From NCBI GenBank assembly GCA_004431415.1, contig QPMI01000116.1, forward strand, positions 124,001 to 188,000: DNA of 64,000 bases, read 5' to 3'. Under the pieces are notes generated by a model, which saw only the letters and a list, made by a program, of their open reading frames with translations, did not search any database and was not told where the DNA came from. A program made the translations under genes and the position numbers. This document shows positions 1-11,107 of the stretch, piece after piece (position 1 is the stretch's first letter; each line of letters begins with the position of its first letter). Source of the stretch: Cyanophora paradoxa CCMP329 (lineage: Eukaryota; Plantae; Glaucophyta).

Positions 1-3000
1 TTCTTCAGGAGTCACGGTGTGTACGCGGGCTTCCTGAAGCGATGCGGGACACACAGTCTCGTGTCAGCACTTCAGCAGGTGCGTCTTGCAATTGTTTACA
101 CTAAATATATATGCGCATGCATGCTTCCGCCCCTGCGCATGCGTGCTTAGACGAAATACTCGTACTCATGTTCATAACGCAGGAGATTCTCGTCCTCTAC
201 GACCGTCACATCCCCGCCATTAAAAAGCAGGTATGTCAAAGCCTGCATTTTAAACTCGTATTCAATGATTCAATAGTACTACCTACGGGGGGGGCTCGCC
301 CCAGCCTAGTCTTTCAAAAACAAATTATAATATATCGCATTCCTCAGATTGAGGAAATGATCAAGCGAGAGGATGGTGAATTGAAAGCGCTTGGGTCTGG
401 CCTTCCGCAAGACACAAGGGGTCAAGTGCGTGCGAACATGAGAAGAACGAAACGATTTTTTGCAAAAGCCCAACCGGGCAATGTTCGTATTAATGACAAC
501 AACAGCCGCCCCGTCGCAGCCATCGACTGGGGTGGCGCCTAGGCTAGCTCTGAGGCTCTGCGGCATAGAAGGGAGACGACCTGTAGACCTATCCTAGCTA
601 TCCGCTATCGAGCCGAGGCGCGCGGGGATTGGAGGCGAGGTTGTCCTTGGCCCTGAGGGGGGGGAGGGGGGGGGAGGGGGGGAGGGCACTCTTTGCCAGG
701 TTCACCGGTTGGGCTGAGGAGAGAGGGGGGGGGGCCGGGGGGGGAAGGGAAAAGAAGAGCGGATCCGGAAAAGGGTCTCGGAGGTGGCTGTAGGCCGGCC
801 GGTCGGTCACCACGGGACGGCGGGGGCGTCGAATTCCGGCGGCGGCTCAAGGAGGGGGCCGCGGGAGGGGGTGGTCTCGGTTTCTGTGCGCTCGAGTGTG
901 GCAACGAAGCCGGCGGCTGTCCACATGAGCGGATCGAGGGGGGCGGGGGGGGGCGGGGGGTCGTCGTCGGGCTCCCAGGCCCAGGTGATGGCGCTGGGGT
1001 CGAGGGCGGGCTGGGCAACGGCGGGGGACAGGCCGCGGGCGGCGTACTCCGCTTTGGTGATGGCCACGAGGGCGCGGGCCCAGACGTTGCGGGCGAATGC
1101 CTCCCAGATGAGCAGGGCCGTCGGCTTGCCGGTCTGCCCTCTTTCCTCCGGCGTGAGCGTATGCACCTGCCAGGCGGCGCTGATCATGAGGCCGGCGAGG
1201 GTGGGGAGGAGGGCCGCGGGGGCGAGCGGGGCGCGGCGGCTCTGGGAGTTGCCGGCGGAGTGGGGTACGGCGCGAAAGCCCGTGATGGCGTGTGCGCAGC
1301 TCAGGGGGACCCGCCTGTGGAAGTGGGCGTTCCAGCGCTCGATCAGCTCTTCCCATGCCGCCCGTGCGGGGGCGCAGTAGTAGATTGCGTGGTCTGAGGT
1401 GTCCTCCGGGATGTCTATGCACTCGCAGACTTCGCAGAAGGGGCTGGGGCGCGCGCCGATGCGGTGAAGGAACTGGCCGGCGGGGAGGCATGCATGGGTG
1501 GCCCAGAGCCAGATTTCTCTGTTCCAGGCGGTGAGGCTAGCGAGATGGCATCCATATTTCCAGACGTTCTGCCACAAGCAGCGCGGCGGCGGGTTCCCGA
1601 AGCGGGCGAGGGGGCCCGGGTCGGGGGTGGGAGGGAGGGCGAGGAGCGCGTGGTATCCCGCTGAAATGCGGTACTCGAGCCAAGGGCGGGGGCCCTTGGG
1701 GGAGGCGAAGAGGAGGCCCTCGTGGACCCAAGGCGTGGCGTCGAGGCGCCCGGCGAGAACGGGGCGGCCCGTGGGCCAGCGGTGTTTCTGTTTGGTGGAG
1801 CCGGGGGGTACGAGGACGACGTGCGCTCGTGGGAGCGAAGCGGGGGCGGCGGGGAGGGGCTGGGCCGGCGTCGGCGGCTCGGCGAGCGTGCCGTCGGGAA
1901 GGGCGCCGACTTGGCAGCCGGTCGGGGGAGCGCCGGGGAGCGCAAGGATGACCGCGGCTGGGCCTGGGCGGCGGGGGCCGTGGCCCGCCGTGAGCGGGGG
2001 GTCGAGAGTGCGGGGGTCGCCGCCGGGGCCGGAGCGGACCGCTGCGGGGCCGCGGTAGAGGGGGGCGAGGCCGAGGGCGGTGACGTGCGCCGAGAGCTGT
2101 ACCCGGATCGCCTGCAGCCGTTTGCGGGCGGCGCTAGGCAGGCCCGGGGGGGGTACGGTGAGGACCTGGCCGGCGAGGGTGATTTTCGGGGATGTAGCGG
2201 AGCCGGAGGCGAGCGTGCGGTCGGCGGCCGTGGTGCCCCACAGGCGGTCGGCCGGGGAGAGCACCGGGTTGAACCAGAGCGGCTCTGCCCGGAAGCGTTC
2301 ACGCGTGAGCGGGAGCGACGAGAGCGATCGGACGGCTGGGCAGCCAGCGGGTTGCGCCGCTACCGCGCGCGGGCGGAGGAGGCCTAGGATTCGTGCCGCC
2401 GGGGCTAGCGGTCCTTGGCAGGGGAGGAGCGCGGATTGGCGGGCCAGCGGGATTTGTGCACCGAGGGCGGCGATGCCGAGGGAGCGGGCGACGGAGCTCC
2501 GGGCGGGCGAGAAGAGCGCGCCGATGTCGTCGGCTGCGAACAGCTTCCATACTGCGAACGTCGGGTCGCAAAGCGCCTTGATGTATGTGCCGGCCTGCGC
2601 GAGGAGGCGGGATTCGAGGTCGATGGCGCCGAGGCCGCCCTGGGCGGGCGGGCGTACTGCCACCGCGCGGCTGATCCTGCCCCTCGGGGCTCGCTTCGTA
2701 ACCGGCGCCTCGGGGGCCCGGGGCCAGATCGCGCACCAGTATTCGTGCTTGAGGGCGTCGAGCGCGGCTGGCGGGCACGGGAGGAATGAGGCCGCATACA
2801 TGAGCTTGGATGCGAGAATCGCGGTGGCTACGTACGCTCGCTGGTGCGCGCGCATACTTCGGAGGCTCCATCGCGTGCGCGCCTTGCGCATGCTTTCGCC
2901 TTTGCCGAGCCAGAACTCGGTCGTGTCAAACTCGCCCGTCGGGCCGAGGGGGATGCCGAGCGTCGTCGTCTGCGAGACCCAGCGGATCGGGATCTGGGCC

Positions 3001-6000
3001 GCCCAGGCTGGCAGCGCTTGCGGTGGGCGGATCGCGGCTGCACCCGCGAGCATACCTTCCGTCTTACTCAGGCTGAGGCTCGAGCCGTTGTACTTTTCTG
3101 CTATGGCGTACGTGGCTAAGCACCTGCGGACCGGGCGGCCCGGGTCGGGCGCCTTCGGGTCGATCAGAAGCGTGTGGGCCGCGTCGTCGGCATATTGGTT
3201 CAATTTGGATTCGACCCCAGGACTTCCCGGGGCGGGCACGCCGGTGATCTCCGGGTCCGCGAGGATAGCACGCGTCGTCGGTTCTTGTTGCGTATTGAAG
3301 AACATGCATGCGAACGGGTCGCCCTGCATCGCGCTGCGCGTGATCATGATAGGATTGGGGTCGACGACGCCGTTGAGCATCACTTTTGATCGCGCGCCTT
3401 TGATCGCAGCGCGAACGTCTTGGAGGAACTCCGCGGGAAAGCCTTGGATTGCGAGGACGCGCAGCGCGTAGATGTGCTCGACGCGGTCGTACGCTTTCTC
3501 AAAGTCCGTGTTCAGGACGACGATCTGCTTGCCCTCGCGGGTGGCGAAGCGGATGACGGACTGCATCTGCCAGACGTTGTCTGCGCCGTTTCGGTCGGGC
3601 ATGAAGCCCGTTTGGACTGAGCTGATCGTGTGCTGGCACGCGGGAGCGATGCGCTTCGCTAGGACCGCCCCGTAAAGGCGGCGATCAATTTGCAGCAGCG
3701 TGATGGGGCGCCAGTTCTGGATCCTGTCGCGGTCCCCCTTTTTATAGAGCAGCTGTATGAGTCCCATACGCTAGCGTTCCGAGAGAGTGCCTAGTGCGCG
3801 CGCGCAGTTGTAGCTCTCGGCGATGATGGGGCCTATCACGTCCCAGAATTTAAGGTAAAACCGGACTGTCATGCCGTCCTCGCCCGGGGCAGTGGACTTA
3901 TTCATCTCCATGAGGCTCTCCCCTACTTCCCGAGCCGTGTACTCGCCCTGGGTCGGGGCGCAAAGCGGGGCAGGCGCGGTGTCTAAGCACGGGGCGAGCA
4001 GGGCTGCTTCTTCGAGCGACAGCGGGTCGAGGGGGGTAAGGAGGGCAGCGTCGCGCAGCCGTCTAACGACAGCTGGGTACGCCGCTTCCGCCTCCGGGGT
4101 GGCATCGGGCGCCGGGGCGCCGGGATCGGGGTCGGGGTCCGGCACGGGGGCCGGGTCCGGGCGAGCCGCGTCTGGCTCGGGCAGCGGACGGGGGGGATCC
4201 GAGCGTGCACGTTTCTGCACTGGCCCCGGGGGAAGTGGAGAGGACGGGCGGTCTTCGCCGCGTCCGGAGGACGGTGGAGGGGGGGGTACGGGGCCGGCGG
4301 CGGGGCCGGGGGCGGGTGGGGGGGGGAGGTCGGGGGGTAGGGGGCGCTGGGCAGTGAGGAGCTCGGTGTAGTACGCCTTGACGTACGCCGTCATCGTCGC
4401 GTGGTCGGAGGCGGGCGGAGCGTTCGGGGTCGGGGGGTACGGCTGCATTGAGCGCATCTCGTGGTCAGCGCCCGCATAGCGCATGTGGCGGGCGAGGTCG
4501 GGGGGGATGGTGACCGCTCCGGAGAGCGCGCGTTCTAGGTTCTTACGGGAGTGGAAGGCGGCTTCGGCCGCGTCCAGCTTGGCCTCCTCGAGGGCCAGAT
4601 ATCCGATGAGCGCCACCGCGCCGTCCTCGGCCTCGGTGTCGCGGCCGGCCTCCTGCAGCGCCTGCTCGGCGCCGGACCACATGTCTGCGACGGCTTCGCG
4701 CGCTTCCCGTAGCTCCGAGTTAGCCCGCGGGCGGAGGGCGTGGGCGATGGACCGGATGTCGGTGATGAGCTTGTCGAGCCACTGTTGCCATTCGCGCGTC
4801 CGTCGCGGGGGCTGCGCCGCCAGCGAGTCAGCGATGAGTGCGCGGACGCGTTTATCGAAGTCTGGGCGAGCGAGGACGCGGTCGTGCAGGCGGAAACGGG
4901 ACGATTTGGTCACGGGTTTGGCGCCCGTGAAGAGGCGCGCGTAGACGGCGTCGTGGTCGGGCCTCGGCGCGGGGCCGGCGGTGCGGAGGACTCCTACTTT
5001 CTCTGCCGCGGCGCATAGGTCAGCCGAGAGGAAGACGTGGTCGAGGCGGGCTGCATTGGTGCTCGAGCGGCCCGTCTTGTTGTGCCAGCGCGTATAGATA
5101 CGTTCGTCCGGGCGGCGGCGGCGGTGCTCATCTTGAAGGCCGAGGTCTGCGAGCAGCTCTGCCCAGTGAGCGAACGACGGGGGTGGCGCGCCTGCGGCGC
5201 GGCGGCGGCTCTCGAGAAGCGGTTGAGCGTAGGCATTGAAGTCGCCGCCGAGAATCAGCGAGGAGCCCTGCGGGATCGTGGGTTCCACGAGCGAGGCTTG
5301 AAGACCTGCGGCGAGGCGGCGCTGCGTGTCGACGGCGTTCGTGGCATACACGCACGCGATGTAGTAGGTGTGCTCGGTGCTGCTAAGGCGGAGAACAGTA
5401 ACATCGTGCGCGGGCATGCCCGCGCGCGGCGGGAGGGGGACGAGCTCGGCTTGGGCACCGGGGAGGCCTGGGATCTGGTTGCGCACGATGAAGCCGGTGC
5501 CTCTGCTCCAGGTATCCGGGCGCGGGTTCGCTGCCGGGGGGATGTGAGCGGACCAGTGCGGGCCAATGCGGCGGGCGAAGGCGGCGATCTCTTTAGGGCT
5601 GAGGCGGTGGTCCACGAGGCCTAGAACGTCTATGTGCCTCTTTTTAAGCCACCGGGTAAGCCAGACGCGACGGGGGACGCCGGTCAGGCTTTCGACATTC
5701 AAAAACGCGACCGTGATGGTCGGGGGCGCTCCCGGGCGATCCGGGGGCGGGCCGCTCGTCTCAGCGGCCTTACTGGTGGGGTGTGCGCCGTGGTCGGCCA
5801 TCTCCGGGTGTTGGGCTGGCCTATCTAGCGCTTTCTGACTACAAGGGTCGGACGGAGCTGGCGCGTGACTTTCCGAGCAGCAGAGACGCGCGGCGTTATC
5901 AGGCACCCACGGGTGGGAAGCCTGGCCCGCCGCGCTGCCGTAATCGTCGCGCTACCGCAAATTTTCCGTACCCCCGAAGTCCCGAAGAACGAAACGATAT

Positions 6001-8323
6001 ATAGAAACACGATTGCAATTGCTTTCCATTATTAATGCAGAGCACAGATGAAGGTTTTGATGAAAATGATGCTGGAGTTCGAGAACTGCCTCAGTGGACT
6101 CATATTTGGCAACGACGTGGCTCGCAATGACGGCCTGTTTGTCTCTTGCTTTTGAATTGAGCTACACGTGCACATCAGGCTAACTGAGTCAATCCGAAGG
6201 GTTGGTGGCGCTCACATCCGGAAAAACATTTTCGAGCCTTTTGAGAATACGCTGAAGACGCTTCCGTCCATCGATGAAAGCGAGACAGGTGACTAAACTA
6301 TCTTCGAGTCTCCGTATATAAATGCAATGCGAATTCTTTCGACTGCAAGCAGACATTTTTAACCTGATTGTCAACAATCAGGTCCGAAATTGGTCGCCTC
6401 TACCCCAATCTAGACCGCTTCTAATTCTTGCGAATAATTCTCGCGAATATTTCTTGCGAATAATTCCTGCGATCAGGGAATTCGGCCGGACCAATTCGTT
6501 CCGTTTGACGCTTTCTCGATTCTCGCCAAAAAAGTCGTGGGGCGGTTCCAAGACCCGGCCGACGAGCTCGTCCGCGACGTGTTCAAAACCTTATGCGAAA
6601 TGACAAAATTCGCGGGCAACAAGGTGCGTGTGAGTACTAGTTGCGCTTGCGGGTGAAAAGAGACGGATTTAGAATTACCTTTTAATCTCGCGATCGCAAC
6701 CTGCTTAAATTAAAACCCCAAATTAAAACAGGCGTTCGGGTCTTTTGAGAATCTGAAGGCGGCGGTATTCCAAAGCCTTCTGGACGATAAGCTCGAGGGG
6801 TCTCTGCCATTCGCTTCGAAGAGCGCACAGACCTTTGTAAAAGAGCTCATCGAATGCAAGGGCACCCACGTCTTCCTTCGAATCAAGGATATGAATTCAT
6901 CTGCAGAGGTCCATTCTTGATATTCAATGCCTTGAAATTTCGCTCCCAAGCATATGGAGACTAGCAATCGTCTAGTATCGAGTTCAATAACTTCGATTTC
7001 GAACCTTCGTGCGCAGAGTTTCGGCGCTGGAGACCACCTGAATGCTAAATTCGGGAACTTGCAGTCCGAGGACGACTCGATCGTCTCCCTGAATTCGTCA
7101 ACATTTCGCTATGACGGCGCGAATAAATCCGGCGGCAGCGCAGACGTGATCCCGACCTTTGCGCACGGGCGCCACCTCGTGAATTTTCTCGTGTCGACGT
7201 CGGCTTCGTCTGGCAAGATGAATTTCGAAGTGGGGATCCTCGCCAACGGGACCTCCGACGACGACGCACCTTCCGTTTTGTTCGCCTCCAAGCTCAACGC
7301 CGGTTTCACGGTCTCCATAGCCACTCGCGAACGCACCGGCTATTTTTACTCGCAACGCGATGGATATGTCGACATGGATCCGGAACGCTTGACTTCCCCG
7401 CCGCCCGTGTTGAAAAGCGGCAGCAACGTGCAGCTGCAGACGACCGTCGACAAGGATACGATGAAGGTTCAGCTCGCCGTCGACGGGGCCTTCGTGCTTC
7501 GCGAGCCGGTCACCATCACGAGCAAGGAAGCTGCAGCTGCGAACTCGAATTCGAAGCCAGCAATTGCAAGCGAGCACTTCGCCCGGGCGCGCGTCACCCT
7601 CTTCACCCGCTCTGAACAGGTGATCTTCTAATTCCTACCTGAGCATGATGTTTACAAATATAAATGTACATGTGCTGCCGCAGATTTCGATCGCCAGTTA
7701 CTTGAATGACCGCTACGCAGTCGCGATGACCAGTGCGTCGGCGCTGGCCATGGCTAGCGCTGCAATTATTTAATTAAATATTAGTTTGCAATGTCGCCAA
7801 TTGTTCTAAAGCACCATTATTTAATGCCGCGCAGAGAATCTCGTGCAAGAGTTCGTCTCACAGACCGTCGCCGCCCTCGCGAGCGACATTCCTCAGGTCC
7901 AAGATTTAATTCGCTATGATTTAGTCGCCATCGATTCGATCTGATTCGGGCTCTCAACGCAGATCGTGGGGACGCGCATGCTCAACAATTTCGCGGTGCC
8001 GCGACTGTATCCGAGTCTCACTCGGCCGCGGCAGGCTGTTCGTATGCGCTCGAATCATTGAATCCAATCCCGCAGAAATCTCTGCGCATCTGGCTGGACA
8101 TGGAGCGCATGCGGTGGCTGGAGGACGGCAAGAAGCTGGGGGACCTCCTCGCCGAGGCAGCTGACATTCGCGAGCGCCGGTGCCTATTTTCTGATCTGAT
8201 CCAGCGCCAATCTGATCTCGAGCTGATCCACACAACATTAATATCTGTCTTGGCAGGGAAGCCCTGGCGGAGCGGCTGCGGGTCCTGTGCGCCTCCGGGA
8301 GCCAGCTCGCCCTTCTCGGCTGA
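1..8323 (+). CDS. Dynamin-related protein, 5'-truncated by the window edge (end of GTPase domain, middle domain, beta-rich insert, GED); about 12 exons visible
   Basis: Hand-spliced exons read FFRSHGVYAGFLKRCGTHSLVSALQQ / EILVLYDRHIPAIKKQ / IEEMIKREDGELKALG..., then after the retroelement MKVLMKMMLEFENCLSGLIFG / RVGGAHIRKNIFEPF / GIRPDQFVPFDAFSILAKKVVGRFQDPA (dynamin middle-domain motifs GGARI..IF and FVP..AF), and GED-like NLVQEFVSQTVAALASDIPQIVGTRMLNN...LLAEAADIRERREALAERL; TGA at 8321-8323. Confidence 0.85.
442..456 (+). repeat. Target-site duplication, left copy (right copy at 5984-5998)
   Basis: Identical 15-mer GAAGAACGAAACGAT at both ends of the LINE. Confidence 0.93.
457..5983 (-). 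mobile_element. Non-LTR retrotransposon (L1/Tx1-like LINE) inserted antisense in a dynamin intron
   Basis: Flanked by a perfect 15-bp direct repeat GAAGAACGAAACGAT (442-456 and 5984-5998). Short T run at 456-461 is the A-tail on the minus strand. Encodes APE endonuclease, RT and a C-terminal CCHC finger. Confidence 0.95.
807..5801 (-). pseudogene. LINE APE-RT-zinc finger polyprotein, one reading frame interrupted by a TAG at 3771-3773
   Basis: APE motifs: FLNVESL, GGDFNA, RLDHVF, PDHDAV. RT motifs: APGEDG, LLYKKGD..NWRPITLL, DFEKAYDRV, QGDP, YADD. CCHC finger: CEVCEC..DHAIYYC. The 3771..5906 and 807..3767 ORFs are in the same frame: GAA CGC TAG CGT ATG GGA. First ATG at 5801. Confidence 0.9.
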
Positions 8324-9485
8324 TCGCGTCTCCGTGCTTAAGCTTTCGTATTCGATTGAATTCGGCTGCTGCAGTGATTGCTTTGCTACGAATTCGTCAA
8401 TAAATTAATGTGCCACGGTTCCGTTGCGCAAATCGAGCCAGAGGGTCGGAATGGGCGGGAAGGAATGCCGCTCATAATCCCGCCTCGATTTTATAATATA
8501 TATTTAATTAGGGGAATTCAAAGAGTACGGTGTGCACGGATGCACTTCTTCGGGAGAGCGACGCGCACGGGAGCGCACAGTAAAGCACCATCGCGGCGCT
8601 CCGAGTCCGCGGGAGCGGCCGCCCGGATTACAGCCTGGCGGAACCCCGAGCCCAATAGCTAGCTAGCAATCTATATACCATGATATATATAGGCCTCCGG
8701 GATCCGGACCATCCGGAATCACAGGCCTGATCGCGCGTGTTCAGCCGCGGGCCCGCGGCCTGCAGGCTAGCGCTGCAGCTGATGCCATGCATATGCATAT
8801 ATATGATCGTGATCACCGGCTGTTTAATTTGTGGTACTACCGTACTACTACGGTACCCGGTGACTGGTCGCACTATCTGTGATCATGAGTCATGTGATCA
8901 TGAGTCACAATTTGCAATTGCAAATGCGTACGGCTGGCTTGAAAAACAAAAGTCACAGCACGAGTCACAATTCGCTTGAAAAAAACAAAACGGCCATCGC
9001 TTGAAAAAAACAAAACGGCCACTGCTTTAAAAAAACTAAAAACAAAGGAAAGGTACTGGGAGCAAACTCGGCGTCGAGTCGGCGACTCCGGCCGTCGGCC
9101 GAGCGCCGGGTCGCCGCCGACTCCGCCGCCGAGCGGCCTCGCCCGGCCGCAGCGCTAGCGGCGGCGGCGCGGCCTCGCCCGGGCCGGCCGCAGCGCCGGC
9201 GCCGCCTCGGAGACTCCGGGGAGTTCGAGCCTAGGCCTGTACGTGTCCGGATCCGGCGCTGGACTGCAGCTGGCGGGTGACGAGTAGGGTCGGAGTACCG
9301 CGCGTACTGACGGACGCCGGACGGCGCCCGGTACCAACAGAACGGCGTTACTACTAGGCTAGTTACGCCACGTGCACGTGCGCAGCGCTATATGCGCGTC
9401 GATGCGCGATGCGAGAGATCTAGATCTAGAGTCTTTCTGGCAGGCCTGTGGCTATATATCCTGCTAGGCTAGTAGCTACTACTAG

Positions 9486-9749
9486 TACTGTAGAACTAGA
9501 AATATTTAGTGGGCTGCATGTTTATAGTACTAAAAGTTTTGGGGCTATCTACTAATGAGAAATATTCAATGATTTCCCGCCTGCCGCAGTGCTGAAGCCG
9601 AGAATTTGTAGGGGTAGTCCCGTCTCCGCTATGCAAAAGCCCTGCGAAGACCGACCTACTAAAGATTTACCAGCTGCTAAAGTAGCAGTTTTGGCAAAGT
9701 ACTCAGTGACTAATTATTTTCCTGTACTAAATTAACTATTTCTACAGTA
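9486..9749. mobile_element. Putative MITE (about 260 bp, imperfect terminal inverted repeats, TA ends)
   Basis: Left end TACTGTAGAACTAGAAATATTTAGT versus reverse complement of right end TACTGTAGAAATAGTTAATTTAGT. AT-rich non-coding interior in a GC-rich background. Confidence 0.5.
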
Positions 9750-9905
9750 GTATAGGGCCCGCGGCCGGGGGCTCGCAACTGGAGTCGCAAGCGTCACCGG
9801 TACCCTTTTTAAGAGCCTTGCGATCGAGCTCCTTGCAATTGGCCATGTACAGCTGCAGCTCTAATATACGTGCCTTCGAATTCGGCATCGCTGTACATCG
9901 ATATC

Positions 9906-10632
9906 ATGGGCATCACGTCGTCGACCGTGAGCTGCTACAGCTGGTGGAACTGCTCCGGCTCGGTCCTCGGCAAGGCGAACAACGACGGCAACGCCGGCAC
10001 CAACTGCAGGAACATCGGCGCCAAGTCATACACGGGGAGCGACAAGTGCTACAACCTGCAGCTCGACACCGACGCTCAGGTGCGGCCGCGCGCCGGGCAG
10101 AGATCATGATTGCAATCGCAGAATAAAGTATTCGCAATCGCGCGCGGTGCATATAGTGTGGATCATGACAGATTTAGAGAAAAGCGAGGATGCATCGATC
10201 GCAAATTGCACACTTATGGAATCTAGGAGTATCATCCGATATGCACACTATGATATAGAGCTTTCGAATATTTATTCGAATTCCGCGTTCACATGTTAAC
10301 GTCAAGGTTATAATTATATATCGCCTTACTGCGCACGCGCGCGCAGTTCGTGAGCGCTGAGGAGGCCGAGGCCGAGGCGGACCTGGACGTCGCTGAAATC
10401 GAGGCTGAGTTGGAGGCCGAGGCTGCGGTGCGCCTGGCCGCGGCCGCAGGGGCCAGCACCCGCCATTTCGATTCGCACGCGCATGCATATATATGCGTGA
10501 CGATCGACATCGATATCGACATCGTTCGAATGCGAATGAATTCGAGCAGAGCGCTGACCGACCGATCGCGGCACCGCGACGTCGCAGATGCTCGCGGATG
10601 TCGATGGCGCGGACGTAGACGTCTCTGCTTGA
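9906..10632 (+). CDS. Small (about 99 aa) protein: MGxxxS N-terminus, Cys/Trp-rich core, acidic tail; 3 exons
   Basis: Exons 9906-10079, 10347-10427 and 10588-10632 join in frame through phase-0 GT-AG introns: MGITSSTVSCYSWWNCSGSVLGKANNDGNAGTNCRNIGAKSYTGSDKCYNLQLDTDAQ/FVSAEEAEAEADLDVAEIEAELEAEAA/MLADVDGADVDVSA*. Third codon positions are strongly G/C. Confidence 0.75.
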
Positions 10633-11107
10633 GCTTGAGGCTTGAATTCGAAGGCCTCGACGTGAATTAGGCTAGCGCTAGATCGACATGCAGATCTAGA
10701 GCGAGCGCTCGAGCTCGTGAACTGTTTATTATAATAACAGTGCAGGGATCCGGAGGCAAGCCCCCCACGGTTGTACGGTAGGGGGGTACGGTTGGAAGAG
10801 CGAGGGTACAGGGAAGAGGGGCAGCCGAGGGCCCGGGCCCCGGGCATCGAGGGGAAAAGGAAAAGGCCTGGGAAAGGGGGGCGGCCGGTCCAGGGGTACG
10901 CATGGACATGGGCACGAGAGCCGGGCGGGACTGGGCCCACCCAGAGCCGGGCGGGACTGCACGTAGAGATATGCCTTATTGACATAAGCACATGCGGGGA
11001 TCATGCGCAGGGGTAAAGAAGAAGCGGGGAGGAAGTGCGGTGGGGTGGGAAGGGGGGGGGGGGGTAGAACGCGGGATCCGGGGGTAGGGGATAGGGGCCG
11101 GGGGGGG

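Noticed and set aside
111-542. Stand-alone 143-aa ORF
   Set aside because: Read-through of two dynamin exons, their introns and the LINE 3' end.
3771-3773. UAG reassigned to Gln (alternative nuclear code)
   Set aside because: TAG ends the CIA30, Tmc-like, crystallin, cyclophilin, CUB and RAD17 genes at natural C-termini, and I saw no in-frame TAG or TAA in the conserved exons I translated.
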